Shown piece after piece: positions 1 to 10,267 of a stretch of 64,000 nt of DNA. This DNA is from an archaeon. Its GTDB lineage: Archaea; Asgardarchaeota; Thorarchaeia; Thorarchaeales; Thorarchaeaceae. A program made the position numbers and the translations under genes. The stretch covers positions 27,323 to 91,322 of the forward strand of contig JAJRWI010000003.1 of assembly GCA_024276825.1 (NCBI GenBank), written 5' to 3'. A model generated the notes under the pieces. The model was not told where the DNA came from. It was given only the letters and a program-made list of their open reading frames with translations, and searched no databases. Position 1 is the first letter of the stretch, and every line of letters begins with the position of its first letter.

Positions 1-498
1 GTGAAACGAAATGGTGAGGACATTCTTAACCCATTCATTGGAGAGGTTCATATCAGCAATGTGACCCGCCGCTTCATCAAGTCTATGCTTGATGTCATGC
101 AACCAGGCGACATCATCCGCGCAGTTGCACTGAACACTCATGAGATTCCTGTACAACTAAGTGTTGTTGGACCCGAGTTTGGTGTTGTCTTTGCCAAGTG
201 TAGAAAATGTGGTGACCCCCTGATATTGACCACACATAACAACATGATTTGTCCCAGATGTGAGAACCGCGAAACCCGAGAGGTGGCAAGTGATTATGGG
301 GTGATGTTTGGGCTTGAAGTGAGACCAGACCTTGCGCCACGAAGAAGACATTATAGGCGAACTGGAGGAGGCAATTCACGTTCCTATCCGCCACGTGGAG
401 GCAGACGTAATGACCGTCCACGTTATGGCTCACAGGGCAGATCCGACTCGCGTCGTGGTGGAAGGAGATCACCTCGTCATGACCGAGGGAGAAGATAG
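1..498 (+). CDS. csl4: Exosome RNA-binding subunit Csl4 (5'-truncated) with Arg/Gly-rich C-terminal tail
   Basis: S1 motif (VHISNV...PGDIIRA), GVVFAKC-x2-C...CPRC Zn ribbon; precedes rpoL as in the conserved archaeal cluster. Confidence 0.9.
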   Translation: MKRNGEDILNPFIGEVHISNVTRRFIKSMLDVMQPGDIIRAVALNTHEIPVQLSVVGPEFGVVFAKCRKCGDPLILTTHNNMICPRCENRETREVASDYGVMFGLEVRPDLAPRRRHYRRTGGGNSRSYPPRGGRRNDRPRYGSQGRSDSRRGGRRSPRHDRGRR

Positions 499-500
499 AG

Positions 501-791
501 ATGAAACCAAGAGTAGTTGAAAACACAAGATATGAGCTTAAGATTGAGTTCCAAGACGAGGGCCATGCTTTCTGCAACATGCTCCGTAAGACTCTGCTAG
601 AGATTCCGGGGGTGGAGTTTGCAGGCTACAATGTTGACCATCCTTTATTGTCGAGCCCCATTGTCACAATCAGGACCAAGCGAAGGACTGCAAATGTGGT
701 CCTACGAGAGGGCCTCGAAACAATGATTGCTAGACTTGAGGAGTTTCGCAAAAAGTTCAATCAAGCAGTTTCAGATCATGTGACTGATTGA
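501..791 (+). CDS. rpoL: RNA polymerase subunit L (Rpo11)
   Basis: EGHAFCNML...FAGYNVDHPL motif. Confidence 0.95.
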   Translation: MKPRVVENTRYELKIEFQDEGHAFCNMLRKTLLEIPGVEFAGYNVDHPLLSSPIVTIRTKRRTANVVLREGLETMIARLEEFRKKFNQAVSDHVTD

Positions 792-815
792 ACAAAGTCA
801 TGGCGATGAAACCAG

Positions 816-1265
816 ATGTGGGACTCTCTAGTCAAAAACGGCTCCCTTGATGTAATCATGAATGATAAGGGTCTAGCCAAGCTTGGTGATGCCTTTGTCA
901 ATCTCTGTTATTCACTGGCCAAGTCCATAGTCATTGGGACTCCGACAGGTGCAAAGGTCAGGGATCGCGTACTGGCAAATGCCATTCGTGAGACCTCAAT
1001 ATACAGACATATTGGGCATAGAACGGATGTGGGGTCTGCTGGGGATGCTTATGAGGCAATCATGGCCTATTTGTGGGTTTCAGGAAAGATAGATCTTGAG
1101 GGCACAGTTTCAGTCTTGGCAGGTCTACTAAAACCAGAACTGAACCCGAACACTGGCAGAAAGCAAGAGATCGAGATATCTACCAAGGCGTTTCGTGTGT
1201 TGTTGGATGAATACATCAGTGACCATCTTGTCAACATGTTCAATGGGACAAGACACAATCCTTAA
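816..1265 (+). CDS. Archaeal ribonuclease III-like (mini-III-type) domain protein
   Basis: DKGLAKLGDAFVN and GDAYEA resemble RNase III catalytic-domain signatures; typical position between rpoL and tfs. Confidence 0.75.
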   Translation: MWDSLVKNGSLDVIMNDKGLAKLGDAFVNLCYSLAKSIVIGTPTGAKVRDRVLANAIRETSIYRHIGHRTDVGSAGDAYEAIMAYLWVSGKIDLEGTVSVLAGLLKPELNPNTGRKQEIEISTKAFRVLLDEYISDHLVNMFNGTRHNP

Positions 1266-1307
1266 TTGAATTGCAGATTAACATGATATTACGCGGTGAT
1301 TAATGGT

Positions 1308-1637
1308 ATGGAGTTCTGTGATGAATGTGGATCAATGATGTTTCCAACTACTGATGATAGTGGGAAGAAAGTCTTGAAGTGCAGGAGTTGCGGTAAAACA
1401 AAGCCAATCAAGGGAGATCTTAAAGTTTCGCAGAATGTTGAGAAGACCCCACGTGACAAGATAGTCGTGATTGAAGATGATAGCATGCCTATGCCAATCA
1501 CGGCTGCATCGTGTCCCAAGTGTGGGCATAATAAGGCATATTATTGGACCGTTCAGACAAGACGCGGAGATGAGAGTGCTACAGAATTCTATCGCTGTGT
1601 CAAGTGTAAACACACTTGGCGGAACTATGGTGGTTGA
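1308..1637 (+). CDS. tfs: Transcription factor S (TFS)
   Basis: Two Zn ribbons (MEFCDECG; CPKCG...CVKC) and QTRRGDE acidic hairpin; ATG at 1308 chosen. Confidence 0.93.
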   Translation: MEFCDECGSMMFPTTDDSGKKVLKCRSCGKTKPIKGDLKVSQNVEKTPRDKIVVIEDDSMPMPITAASCPKCGHNKAYYWTVQTRRGDESATEFYRCVKCKHTWRNYGG

Positions 1638-1695
1638 TTGATAATATGCGGTGAACTTATTATATACAACGTTGAATCAGAAGAGTGTGCAAGGA

Positions 1696-2067
1696 TTGAC
1701 TGAAGAGAGAAAGTATCCCCGTATGAAGAGTGCCCCCCTGATGAGGGTGCGCAATTTGACTCCCGAAATCGACGGCCCAGTGCGCATCATGGGCATAGTT
1801 CTGAGTTCCACCACTGGCAGCGCAATGGTACAGGACATATACGATGATATTGAGCATGCCAAGTCGATACTGGTCATTGTAGAGGGGAAGCTTATTGAGG
1901 ATGAGAAGTATATTCTGATAGGGAACATTCTAGAACGGGTTTCTGACAGCGGAAAGGAGATAGTATTGGATGCATCCTTGGCATACAACATGAACAAGCT
2001 TGATGTCAAATTGTATAAGGAGGCTCTTGAACTAGAGGAGCAGGTAATAGAGGTCTTGACAAGATAA
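1696..2067 (+). CDS. Single OB-fold protein resembling RPA small subunit (RPA3/RPA14)
   Basis: VRIMGIV...VQD...YILIGN OB pattern followed by LDVKLYKEALEL helix like the RPA14 trimerisation helix; start uncertain (1651/1696/1723). Confidence 0.6.
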   Translation: MTEERKYPRMKSAPLMRVRNLTPEIDGPVRIMGIVLSSTTGSAMVQDIYDDIEHAKSILVIVEGKLIEDEKYILIGNILERVSDSGKEIVLDASLAYNMNKLDVKLYKEALELEEQVIEVLTR

Positions 2068-2080
2068 TGGAGGATTAGAG

Positions 2081-2833
2081 ATGTTTCATGCTATTTTGGA
2101 CAGCGGTAAGATATGGAAGCAGATTGTTGATGCTCTAACAACAATCCTGACTGAGGCGCTCTTTGTGATGAAGGAGGATGGAATATATCTCAGGCAGGTC
2201 GATCCCTTAAACATCGCAATGATTGATATGGTTCTGCCTGCCGAGATCTTCCAAGAGTATAGTTGTAAGGGCACTCATGATATCTGCCTTGGTGTTGACG
2301 AACTCACAAAGATCAGCAAGAGAATGGCTGTGGATGACAAGATTGAGCTCTCATTGGATGAGGATGACAATCGTTTTGAGATTAAGATGATAGGTCCTGC
2401 AGTACGAAAGTTCAAGCTTCAGATGATTAAGCCCCTTGAAACCCCAAGAAAGCCTCGTGGCATAGAGTTCGATGTGAAAGCAGAGATGTTTGCTGATGCG
2501 TTCAAGCAGGCAATCAAGGACGTCAGTGTGGTTTCGATAAATGTCAAGATCATCGCCCAGAATGACACACTGATCTTCACTGGAGAAGGTGACACTGGTG
2601 AAGCAGAAGTCGCACTCAAAGTCGGTGAGGACTCCGCACTGTTTGATCTCGACATAAAGACCGACTCATATGCAATCTATCCAATGAAGTACCTCTCGGA
2701 CATAATCAAGGCCGTGTCTGGGGACAGCATATCTCTTCAGTTCAGCACTCATAAGCCAATTCAGATTGGTTTTGGAATTGCAGAGATTGGAACAATCAAG
2801 TTTCTAGTTGCACCACGAAAAGAACGCAGATAG
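2081..2833 (+). CDS. pcn: PCNA sliding clamp
   Basis: 250 aa; QVDPLNIAMID, FQEYSC and C-terminal FLVAPR motifs. Confidence 0.95.
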   Translation: MFHAILDSGKIWKQIVDALTTILTEALFVMKEDGIYLRQVDPLNIAMIDMVLPAEIFQEYSCKGTHDICLGVDELTKISKRMAVDDKIELSLDEDDNRFEIKMIGPAVRKFKLQMIKPLETPRKPRGIEFDVKAEMFADAFKQAIKDVSVVSINVKIIAQNDTLIFTGEGDTGEAEVALKVGEDSALFDLDIKTDSYAIYPMKYLSDIIKAVSGDSISLQFSTHKPIQIGFGIAEIGTIKFLVAPRKERR

Positions 2834-2894
2834 ACATGAACATCATCACCTTCTGATGTTCTCATCTGCTCTTTCATGAGAGAGGTCAAACGTA

Positions 2895-4157
2895 ATGGCC
2901 AGAGATAAGAGGGATGTTGACTTCCTGCGACTGAAGTTTCAGGAGTATTACATTCAGAGCCATGACTCTGTTATTGCCCCGAATCGCACTCATATGCGTG
3001 AGTTTGCTATTGAGGGTTGGGACACTGGTGACCTCCCAACTTACTGGACCAGACACCTTGGGTTTCGTTCTCCCGAGTTTCTCATTAATGAGCTGAAGGC
3101 ACTTGCACCGCCAAGTGTGTATCACTCTGCGGCCTTCTACAAGTATCCTGTTGCACGTGATATGAACGAGAAGAAATGGCAGGGTGCAGAGCTCGTCTTT
3201 GATATTGATGCAGATCATATTGATGCTCCCTGTACAAATGATCATGATGTGTGGAGATGCAACAATCCTGACTGTGGAATGACTGGTACTGGACGCCCCC
3301 CTGAAGATGAGGGGTGTCCCAGGTGTTCGGGGAGCAGCTTTTCCACCAGAAAGTGGATCTGTGAGAGATGCCTTGGCCTTGCAAAAGAGAATACTCTAAA
3401 GATATATGACATGTTCTTGACGGGTGACTTTGGAATTGACCCTGAAGGCATCACACTAAACTATAGCGGTCATCGAGGGTTTCACATCCGTGTGGAGTCA
3501 TCTGACGTCTTTTCTATGGGCGCTGATGCCAGAACCGAGATTGCCCATTATATCACTGGATTTGGACTGGACAGTGACAAGTTTGTTTATACTAACCGCC
3601 AAGTCACCACAGTCCCACCGAGAGATGCTCCGGGTTGGGCAGGCAAGATTGCAGATGCACTTATTGCATTCATCAGACGCATTGAGTCATATTCTGGAAG
3701 AGATCGCTGGGTTCAACCACTGAGAGATGCAAAGGTCCCCGCTATTGAGTCATTAATGAAGAGTCCTCCAATGATCAGCGCTAGAGTGAGGAGTGTTGGT
3801 GTAAAGTCATGGCAGGAGATAACAACTAGGGCAGTCCTCGAATATGGGGGAGAGATTGATATTCCAGTCACTCATGATATTCACAGGGTCATCAGGTTGG
3901 TTGGCAGCATTAATGGCAAGACGGGCTTTATAGTGACACCACTGACACGAGATCAGATGGACGAGTTTGACCCCTTTGTTGATGCCATAGCTTTCTCAAA
4001 GGGATGCATGAGAGTACATGTAAAGGGCAGCCCTGTAAAGGTGCCTGCCATCAGAATATCAGATGAAACTTTCGGACCATTTGAAAATGAAGTGGTCGAT
4101 CTACCTGTTGGAGTTGCAATATTTCTGCTGTGTAAGGGAGTTGCCACAATTGAGTAA
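2895..4157 (+). CDS. priS: DNA primase small subunit with Zn-ribbon insertion
   Basis: ELVFDIDAD catalytic motif, YSGHRGFH, IDIPVTHDIHRVIR. Confidence 0.93.
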   Translation: MARDKRDVDFLRLKFQEYYIQSHDSVIAPNRTHMREFAIEGWDTGDLPTYWTRHLGFRSPEFLINELKALAPPSVYHSAAFYKYPVARDMNEKKWQGAELVFDIDADHIDAPCTNDHDVWRCNNPDCGMTGTGRPPEDEGCPRCSGSSFSTRKWICERCLGLAKENTLKIYDMFLTGDFGIDPEGITLNYSGHRGFHIRVESSDVFSMGADARTEIAHYITGFGLDSDKFVYTNRQVTTVPPRDAPGWAGKIADALIAFIRRIESYSGRDRWVQPLRDAKVPAIESLMKSPPMISARVRSVGVKSWQEITTRAVLEYGGEIDIPVTHDIHRVIRLVGSINGKTGFIVTPLTRDQMDEFDPFVDAIAFSKGCMRVHVKGSPVKVPAIRISDETFGPFENEVVDLPVGVAIFLLCKGVATIE

Positions 4158-4161
4158 TGGA

Positions 4162-4758
4162 ATGTATGGAGAGATAGAGGAAACTTGGGCGCGTGAGGTC
4201 CGGAATGAGAAACTTCAGGATCTTGAGGATGTGCGCCTCAGCAAGATGATTGTATATCTATCGAAGGTAAGGCTGTCATTGGCAGAAGCAAAGGATGATC
4301 TGCATGAGAAGCTATTGAATCAAGAGGGTCAGAATCTGGAGTTCATGCTACGTGATCTTCTGATCCTTCGTAGGGACAAAATCATCAGGACAGCAATGAC
4401 TCTGACAAAACCCGAGGGTCTGATGACACTACCAGAGGAGGAGTTCTATAATCGACTGATTCGTGCATTCAAAGGACATTTTGAGTTTGTCACTGATTCA
4501 TTGAGAGGAGTTACGCATTCTAGAGCATCCCGTCCTATGGATATCGAGCATGGAGAATATGACGAGTCAGAAGAACTAGAATATGTGACTGTGCGTTTCA
4601 TTAAGGGCACTGGAATTCCAGCAGAGGGACTGGATGGCAGGACCTATGGGCCTTATGAGAAAGAGGACTTGGCACGAATGCCTGCATCCACAGCACTCGT
4701 CTGGATAAACCAGAACATTGCTGTCCGTGTGATAAGTGAAGATACTCTTGAGAAGTGA
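4162..4758 (+). CDS. gins: GINS subunit (Gins51-type, A domain then B domain)
   Basis: Helical domain with LRRDKI and LPEEEFY; C-terminal VRFIK...GLDGRTYGPY; follows priS. Confidence 0.85.
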   Translation: MYGEIEETWAREVRNEKLQDLEDVRLSKMIVYLSKVRLSLAEAKDDLHEKLLNQEGQNLEFMLRDLLILRRDKIIRTAMTLTKPEGLMTLPEEEFYNRLIRAFKGHFEFVTDSLRGVTHSRASRPMDIEHGEYDESEELEYVTVRFIKGTGIPAEGLDGRTYGPYEKEDLARMPASTALVWINQNIAVRVISEDTLEK

Positions 4759-5054
4759 TGTCATTGACAGATGGGGAAATTGAGCAGTCATTAATAGAAT
4801 TACTAGATATTATTGAGAAACACAGGGAAGCCTTCCAAGATCACTTTGAGAGATTTAGGGTGGCATTGTCGGGCGGTCTAAGGCTGTTGACAGGCAAGGA
4901 TGGGACCATGTTATCTGGGCTTCAAGGAAACCCCGAAGATGTGGCAGGATATCTGATACGCACTTCCGAGGAAACATTCACAAGTGCATTGGAGGGAATA
5001 AATCAGGTCAGGAACATGATCATGTCCATTCTCGAGTCTGTCAGAAAACAATAA
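4755..5054 (+). CDS. Hypothetical helical protein, translationally coupled to gins
   Basis: 99-aa ORF overlapping the gins stop (GTGA). Confidence 0.6.
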   Translation: MMSLTDGEIEQSLIELLDIIEKHREAFQDHFERFRVALSGGLRLLTGKDGTMLSGLQGNPEDVAGYLIRTSEETFTSALEGINQVRNMIMSILESVRKQ

Positions 5055-5056
5055 GT

Positions 5057-5296
5057 GTGCTTGGCGTTCCATTTTTGGTCATGAAACGACCACATTTACT
5101 CGTTGTACTCTCAGGAATAATATGCTCTGTACTTGCATTGACTGCCATATTTTACCCTGCTCCCAGCCAGACAAATATAATAGAGATTATTGGTTATGAG
5201 ATTGTGGTCTTTATTGGGATTATCCTTCTTCTATGTCTGATAAATGAACGTGGACTTCCTGATGGGTCCAAAGAGGGTGGCAAAGTATGGCCGTGA
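5057..5296 (+). CDS. Small hypothetical membrane protein (2 TM)
   Basis: Two hydrophobic stretches; in operon orientation. Confidence 0.5.
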   Translation: MLGVPFLVMKRPHLLVVLSGIICSVLALTAIFYPAPSQTNIIEIIGYEIVVFIGIILLLCLINERGLPDGSKEGGKVWP

Positions 5297-5434
5297 GAAG
5301 GCAACTTGGTCGATAAAACTCGCTTTTCACTTTTAATTAACACTTATTTGACACTCTGCAAACTTTTAATATGGGCTCTCATTTTTGCTGTCGCACTCAG
5401 CTGTTAGAAACCTAGCATCAGGTGGCATAATATC

Positions 5435-5977
5435 ATGGCCGAAACGAAAGAGTCTGCTGAACCCCCAACCATTCTGGTTGACCCTATTGATATGTCCAAA
5501 CTGGACCAGAGCTTCTGTAATGAAATAAAGAGCATGCCTTATGGTGAGGAACTTGTCGCATGTTTTGCATGTACTACCTGTACCGCAGCATGTCCTATCG
5601 CAAACCAGTGGGACTATAAGCCCCACCAGTTGATCAGAATGATCATTCTTGGAATGCGAGAGGAAGTATTGTCGAGCAAGGAGATATGGGAGTGCCTGAC
5701 CTGTTTTCAATGTCAGGAACGATGCCCTCAGAAGGTACGGGTCACTGATATCTTCTTTGACTGTAAGAATCTTGCAGCGGAAGAGGGCAAGGTCCCCAAT
5801 TCAATAGTGGCACTTGGCAAGCTGCTCTTAGAAACTGGTCAGTTATATGAGGTCACTGAAGACTGGCAGAGGGAGGATCTAGACCTTGAACCAGAAGTAC
5901 CAGGACTTGCCACCGAACCTCTAAAGGAAATACTGAAGACAACACGGACAGGCAGACTAGTGGGGAGTGATGAGTAG
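5435..5977 (+). CDS. hdrC: Heterodisulfide reductase subunit C
   Basis: CFACTTCTAACP and CLTCFQCQERCP 4Fe-4S motifs. Confidence 0.92.
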   Translation: MAETKESAEPPTILVDPIDMSKLDQSFCNEIKSMPYGEELVACFACTTCTAACPIANQWDYKPHQLIRMIILGMREEVLSSKEIWECLTCFQCQERCPQKVRVTDIFFDCKNLAAEEGKVPNSIVALGKLLLETGQLYEVTEDWQREDLDLEPEVPGLATEPLKEILKTTRTGRLVGSDE

Positions 5978-5979
5978 CA

Positions 5980-6846
5980 ATGCCAATCTATAATCTTTAC
6001 ATGGGCTGCAGCGTTCCAGCAAATTATCCAAACTATGAGGCTGCAATGTTTAAAGTGGCTGAAACGTTTGACATGACTCTAGAGTACATGGAGGATGTAG
6101 GGTGTTGTGGAAGTCCAAACCTGCGTGCCATTGACTTCTTTGGCTGGCTGTTGGTAAATGCGAGAACTCTTGCAATAGCGGAGAAGAACGGTCATGATAT
6201 AGTTACACCCTGCAATGGTTGTTTTGGGTCACTGAAAGATGTGCTGCATCATTTGCAGCATGATGAGGAGGATCTAAAGAGGGTCAATGCGGAGCTAAAG
6301 AAGTCAGGCCTTTCGTTGAAATGTACGATTAAGGTGCGTCATTTTGTTGAGGCCCTATACACCGATATTGGAATAGAACAGATCATGTCCAGAATCACAA
6401 GACCCCTTGATGGTGTTGGCATAGCAATCCACTATGGTTGTCATGTCCTAAGACCAGCTGACGTGACAGAGTTCAAGCCCGAGATTCTTGATGAACTTGT
6501 ACGGGCAACTGGCGCCACCGTGATTGATTACCCCCTGTGGAAGCAGTGCTGCGGTGCCACTGTGCTCCCTGTCAATGAGGCATTGGCCATCCGTCTTGCA
6601 CGCGACAAGCTCAAGTCTATGAAGGAACATGGCGCTGAGTTCGTCACAGTCGTGTGTCCCGCCTGTGGAAATCAGCTTGATCTTCAGCAACTGGGTCTGA
6701 AGGACAGTTTTGGTGAGGAATACAACCTCCCAGTTCTGCTCTATCCACAGATTCTTGCACTTGCTCTGGGAATGGATGAGAGTGAGGTCGGTCTCGAGTT
6801 GAACAGAGTCCCAGCAGATCCTATTCTGGACCATCTGAGTGGTTGA
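5980..6846 (+). CDS. hdrB: Heterodisulfide reductase subunit B
   Basis: Two CCG domains (GCCG, PCNGC, HYGCH, QCCG, CPAC). Confidence 0.92.
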   Translation: MPIYNLYMGCSVPANYPNYEAAMFKVAETFDMTLEYMEDVGCCGSPNLRAIDFFGWLLVNARTLAIAEKNGHDIVTPCNGCFGSLKDVLHHLQHDEEDLKRVNAELKKSGLSLKCTIKVRHFVEALYTDIGIEQIMSRITRPLDGVGIAIHYGCHVLRPADVTEFKPEILDELVRATGATVIDYPLWKQCCGATVLPVNEALAIRLARDKLKSMKEHGAEFVTVVCPACGNQLDLQQLGLKDSFGEEYNLPVLLYPQILALALGMDESEVGLELNRVPADPILDHLSG

Positions 6847-8107
6847 GGTGAATGATACATTGTCAGGACCTGTACTCATTATTGGCGCAGGCGTGGCCGG
6901 TATGACAGCAGCCATAGAGCTTGCTGACTCGGACATCAAGACAATTTTGGTGGAGAAAAAGCAGACCATCGGAGGGAATGCACTGGAGTTGTACAAGGCG
7001 TTCCCAACTGATGATTGCTTCTATTGTTTTGAGGGGAGCAGATTTCGCCCAGGCATCCGAAAGTGTTTCTACAGGAGTGCTATGCTGGACAACCCAAATA
7101 TTGACCTTAGGACCAACACCAGAGTAGATGAGATCACTGGCAACCCAGGCAATTTCAAAGTCAAGCTCACTACGGGTCCAATGTATGTTGATCCCAAGAG
7201 ATGCATAATGTGCGGTCTATGTCTAAAAAGATCAGGGGCTTTCAGCCTAATATCTCCACAATGTCAACCTCAAGCGGTGTTCTATGACCCCTCTTTAGCA
7301 GAAGAAAGTGTGAAAGAGATTGAGAAGGAATGTCCCACTAAGGCAATTAATCTCAATGCTCAGAGCACCGAAGAACAGGTTGAAGTTTCGGATATAATTC
7401 TTGCAACTGGCTATACTGAGATGCGACCTGTGAATATGGACGAGTATGGATATGGAAAATATCCCAACGTCATTACGCAACTAGAACTTGCAAGAATGCT
7501 TGATCCTAATGGTGAATCAGCAGGTGCTCTAATTCGCCCCTCTGATGGCGCCCCAGTAAAGAGAGTCATGATGGTCCAGTGTGTTGGCAGCAGGGATGAG
7601 AATTACAACCTGTACTGTTCCAAGATATGTTGTGTCTTTGCATTGAAGCATGCCAATATCATTGTGAATGAACGTAATGGCATCAAAACTACAGTTGTAT
7701 ATATGGACATCAGGACCTATGACAGACATGAGCGATACTATCGTGAAGCACGAGAGAGTGGTGTGAGATTTGTACGTGGGCGTGTGCATCTTGTAAGGCC
7801 TAATCCTGATGGGAGTCTGGACATTATCGTATACGACTCATTACTTGACAGATACCTGTCATACAATATTGACCTATTCGTACTATCTACAGCATTAGAG
7901 CCATCAGAGGAGGATGAAACACTTCAGAGGACTCTTGGACTGAATACATCCAGTGGATTTGTTGCCCCGTTGGACCTAGCCAATGACTCGGTCGTTGCAG
8001 GGGACCATGTCTATGTGTGTGGTGCTGCCATGGGGCCTGCAGAAGTGCCTGAAAGTGTGACTCAAGCAAGAGCTGTCGTATCTAAGATTCTTCAAGGGAG
8101 GCAGTAA
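6839..8107 (+). CDS. Short HdrA-like flavoprotein (QmoA-like architecture)
   Basis: GAGVAG FAD motif, FPTDDC, CIMCGLC, QCVGSRD...CSKICC. Confidence 0.85.
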   Translation: MVEVNDTLSGPVLIIGAGVAGMTAAIELADSDIKTILVEKKQTIGGNALELYKAFPTDDCFYCFEGSRFRPGIRKCFYRSAMLDNPNIDLRTNTRVDEITGNPGNFKVKLTTGPMYVDPKRCIMCGLCLKRSGAFSLISPQCQPQAVFYDPSLAEESVKEIEKECPTKAINLNAQSTEEQVEVSDIILATGYTEMRPVNMDEYGYGKYPNVITQLELARMLDPNGESAGALIRPSDGAPVKRVMMVQCVGSRDENYNLYCSKICCVFALKHANIIVNERNGIKTTVVYMDIRTYDRHERYYREARESGVRFVRGRVHLVRPNPDGSLDIIVYDSLLDRYLSYNIDLFVLSTALEPSEEDETLQRTLGLNTSSGFVAPLDLANDSVVAGDHVYVCGAAMGPAEVPESVTQARAVVSKILQGRQ

Positions 8108-10267
8108 ATGATGACAGAGAACAAGTCCAAAGTCCTACTATGTACTTGTGGGAAGCAGTTGGGTCTGGACTTTGGTCTTTTGGAGGACAATGTGGGAAAA
8201 CTGAAACTTGCCAGCACTATTGTGGTTCATGACACACTCTGTCAGGAGCAAGGGCTGTCTGTGATTGCGGAGAGTCTTAAGGAGAATAATGGGCGTGTTG
8301 TGATTGCAGCATGTACCAACCAGAAGATACAGCCCAAGATTGATGAGTTTCTCAGGAACAGGGGTCTTAATCCAAGCCAGATTCAGTATGTCAACATTCG
8401 AGAACATTGCGCCTGGGTGCATGAGGATGTCAACGAGGCCACCCAGAAGGCTCTTGACATGATACGTGGCACTCTTGCAAGGTCAGCCCTGTCGTCATCT
8501 TATGAAACTGCCAGACGAGAGGTCCCAGCACATGTAACAGTTATCGGTGGAGGTATTGCAGGCATTGAGGCAGCCCTCAGCCTTCATAAGTTTGGATATG
8601 ATGTCACTATCTTTGAGATATCTGATGATCTCGGAGGCCATGTTGCCAAGCTGCCAGTTGTCGCACCCACTGGAAAGCCCGGTAGAGAGATACTGTCTGG
8701 ACGTCTTAAGGCCTTGGAGAACAGCAGCATTCAGGTGTTGACAAATACTAGGGTCAAGTTCATCGAGGGGGAGATGGGGAATTTCACAGTTCATTACTCA
8801 ATTGAAAGTGATGAAGAGCAGACCCTCACAACCTCTGCAGTTGTGATGGCAACAGGATTCAAAGAGTTCAAGCCAACAATGATGGATGAGTATAGATATG
8901 GTAAGAGCCCTGATGTAATCACCCAGTTCGACCTTTCTCAGATGATCCTCTCGGGCAATCTGAAACGTCCATCTGACGGGGGGGATGTCAAGGAGGTAGT
9001 CATGGTCCAGTGTGTTGGTAGTCGTTCTGAGGACTATAAGCGGGACTGCAGCAAGCTCTGTTGCACATTTGCGATTGATAACTCCCTTGAGATTCTAAAA
9101 CTAGTGCCTGATGCAAAGGTCCGAGTGGTATACATGGACATACGTGTACCCTTTGAAAACGAAATGATATACAAAGAGTCTCGTGAGAAGGGGGTCGACT
9201 ATATCCGTGGTCGAGTCAGCATGGTATGGGAGGAGGATGACGGGCTTCATGTGAAGTTCTATGACTCACTGCTGGACCAGTACTTTGAAACCACCCCTGA
9301 TTTATTGGTCCTGTCCACCGCGATACTCCCTTCCGACAGTCTTGAGGAACTCTCTGAAACCCTTGGTTATGCTCTAGAATCTGATGGTCATATCAAAGAG
9401 TTGTATGGAAAACTGAGAAGAACTGAAACCCGAAGACGTGGGGTTGTGGCGGTTGGTGCCGTCACTCACCCCCAGTTTGTGTTCGAGTCCATCACTGATG
9501 CTCAGGCTGGAGCCCTCATAATTCATAACGAGTTGCAGGGAGGCAAGATTGAGAGGGTAGCACGCGGTGCAGTTCTGAATGTGGATGATTGTGTAGGGTG
9601 TAGCCTTTGTGCTCAGCAATGCCCACGAGGAGTCCCACTCATGATTGAACAGACTGAGGCAGAGGATGAAGAACAGAAGATATTGTTCAAGGCATCAATC
9701 GAAACCCTGAACTGTCATTCATGTGGAGTGTGTCAGAGTCTTTGCCCGACAGGAGCCACTCAGCTTTGCTTTCTGTCCAATGAACAGTTGTGGGAGCAGA
9801 TCAAGGCCACTCTAGAAGGTGCGGGGCCAGACTATCCAATCACCTTGTGCTTCTATTGTGAGGAGTGTTCTGTATCTACTATGGATATTGCAGGTACTCG
9901 ACATATGACATACCCTGCAAGCACGAGGTTTATCCCGGTCCCCTGTGCTGGCAGGATATCAATCATTGACATTCTGAAAGCATTGGAGAATGGGGCCAGC
10001 ACTGTAATGATTGCAGCATGTGAGAAGGACCGCTGTCATATTGGAGGCACGGGCAATGAGATTGCACAGGTCCAAGTTAATGTTGCAAGAGAGATATTAA
10101 ACGCAATTGGCTGGAAGGGTGAACGTGTTGACATGTTCAGAATGTTCAGTGCCGAACCCGAGCGCTTTGTCTATGCTATCAAGATCATGACAAAACGTGC
10201 CAAGGAGCTTGGACCAACACCTGTCCACCAAGGGACAGCTGGCAAGTGGGTGGAGGTGAGTGAATGA
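8108..10267 (+). CDS. HdrA-MvhD fusion (QmoB-like architecture)
   Basis: N-terminal CTCG/REHC domain, GGGIAG, QCVGSR..CSKLCC, two ferredoxin motifs, C-terminal MvhD (VPCAGRI, ACEKDRCH). Confidence 0.85.
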   Translation: MMTENKSKVLLCTCGKQLGLDFGLLEDNVGKLKLASTIVVHDTLCQEQGLSVIAESLKENNGRVVIAACTNQKIQPKIDEFLRNRGLNPSQIQYVNIREHCAWVHEDVNEATQKALDMIRGTLARSALSSSYETARREVPAHVTVIGGGIAGIEAALSLHKFGYDVTIFEISDDLGGHVAKLPVVAPTGKPGREILSGRLKALENSSIQVLTNTRVKFIEGEMGNFTVHYSIESDEEQTLTTSAVVMATGFKEFKPTMMDEYRYGKSPDVITQFDLSQMILSGNLKRPSDGGDVKEVVMVQCVGSRSEDYKRDCSKLCCTFAIDNSLEILKLVPDAKVRVVYMDIRVPFENEMIYKESREKGVDYIRGRVSMVWEEDDGLHVKFYDSLLDQYFETTPDLLVLSTAILPSDSLEELSETLGYALESDGHIKELYGKLRRTETRRRGVVAVGAVTHPQFVFESITDAQAGALIIHNELQGGKIERVARGAVLNVDDCVGCSLCAQQCPRGVPLMIEQTEAEDEEQKILFKASIETLNCHSCGVCQSLCPTGATQLCFLSNEQLWEQIKATLEGAGPDYPITLCFYCEECSVSTMDIAGTRHMTYPASTRFIPVPCAGRISIIDILKALENGASTVMIAACEKDRCHIGGTGNEIAQVQVNVAREILNAIGWKGERVDMFRMFSAEPERFVYAIKIMTKRAKELGPTPVHQGTAGKWVEVSE

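Noticed and set aside
5435-10267. Selenocysteine recoding in HdrA/MvhD, known from Asgard selenoproteomes
   Set aside because: The ORFs are uninterrupted, Cys occupies the motif positions, and no SECIS is evident
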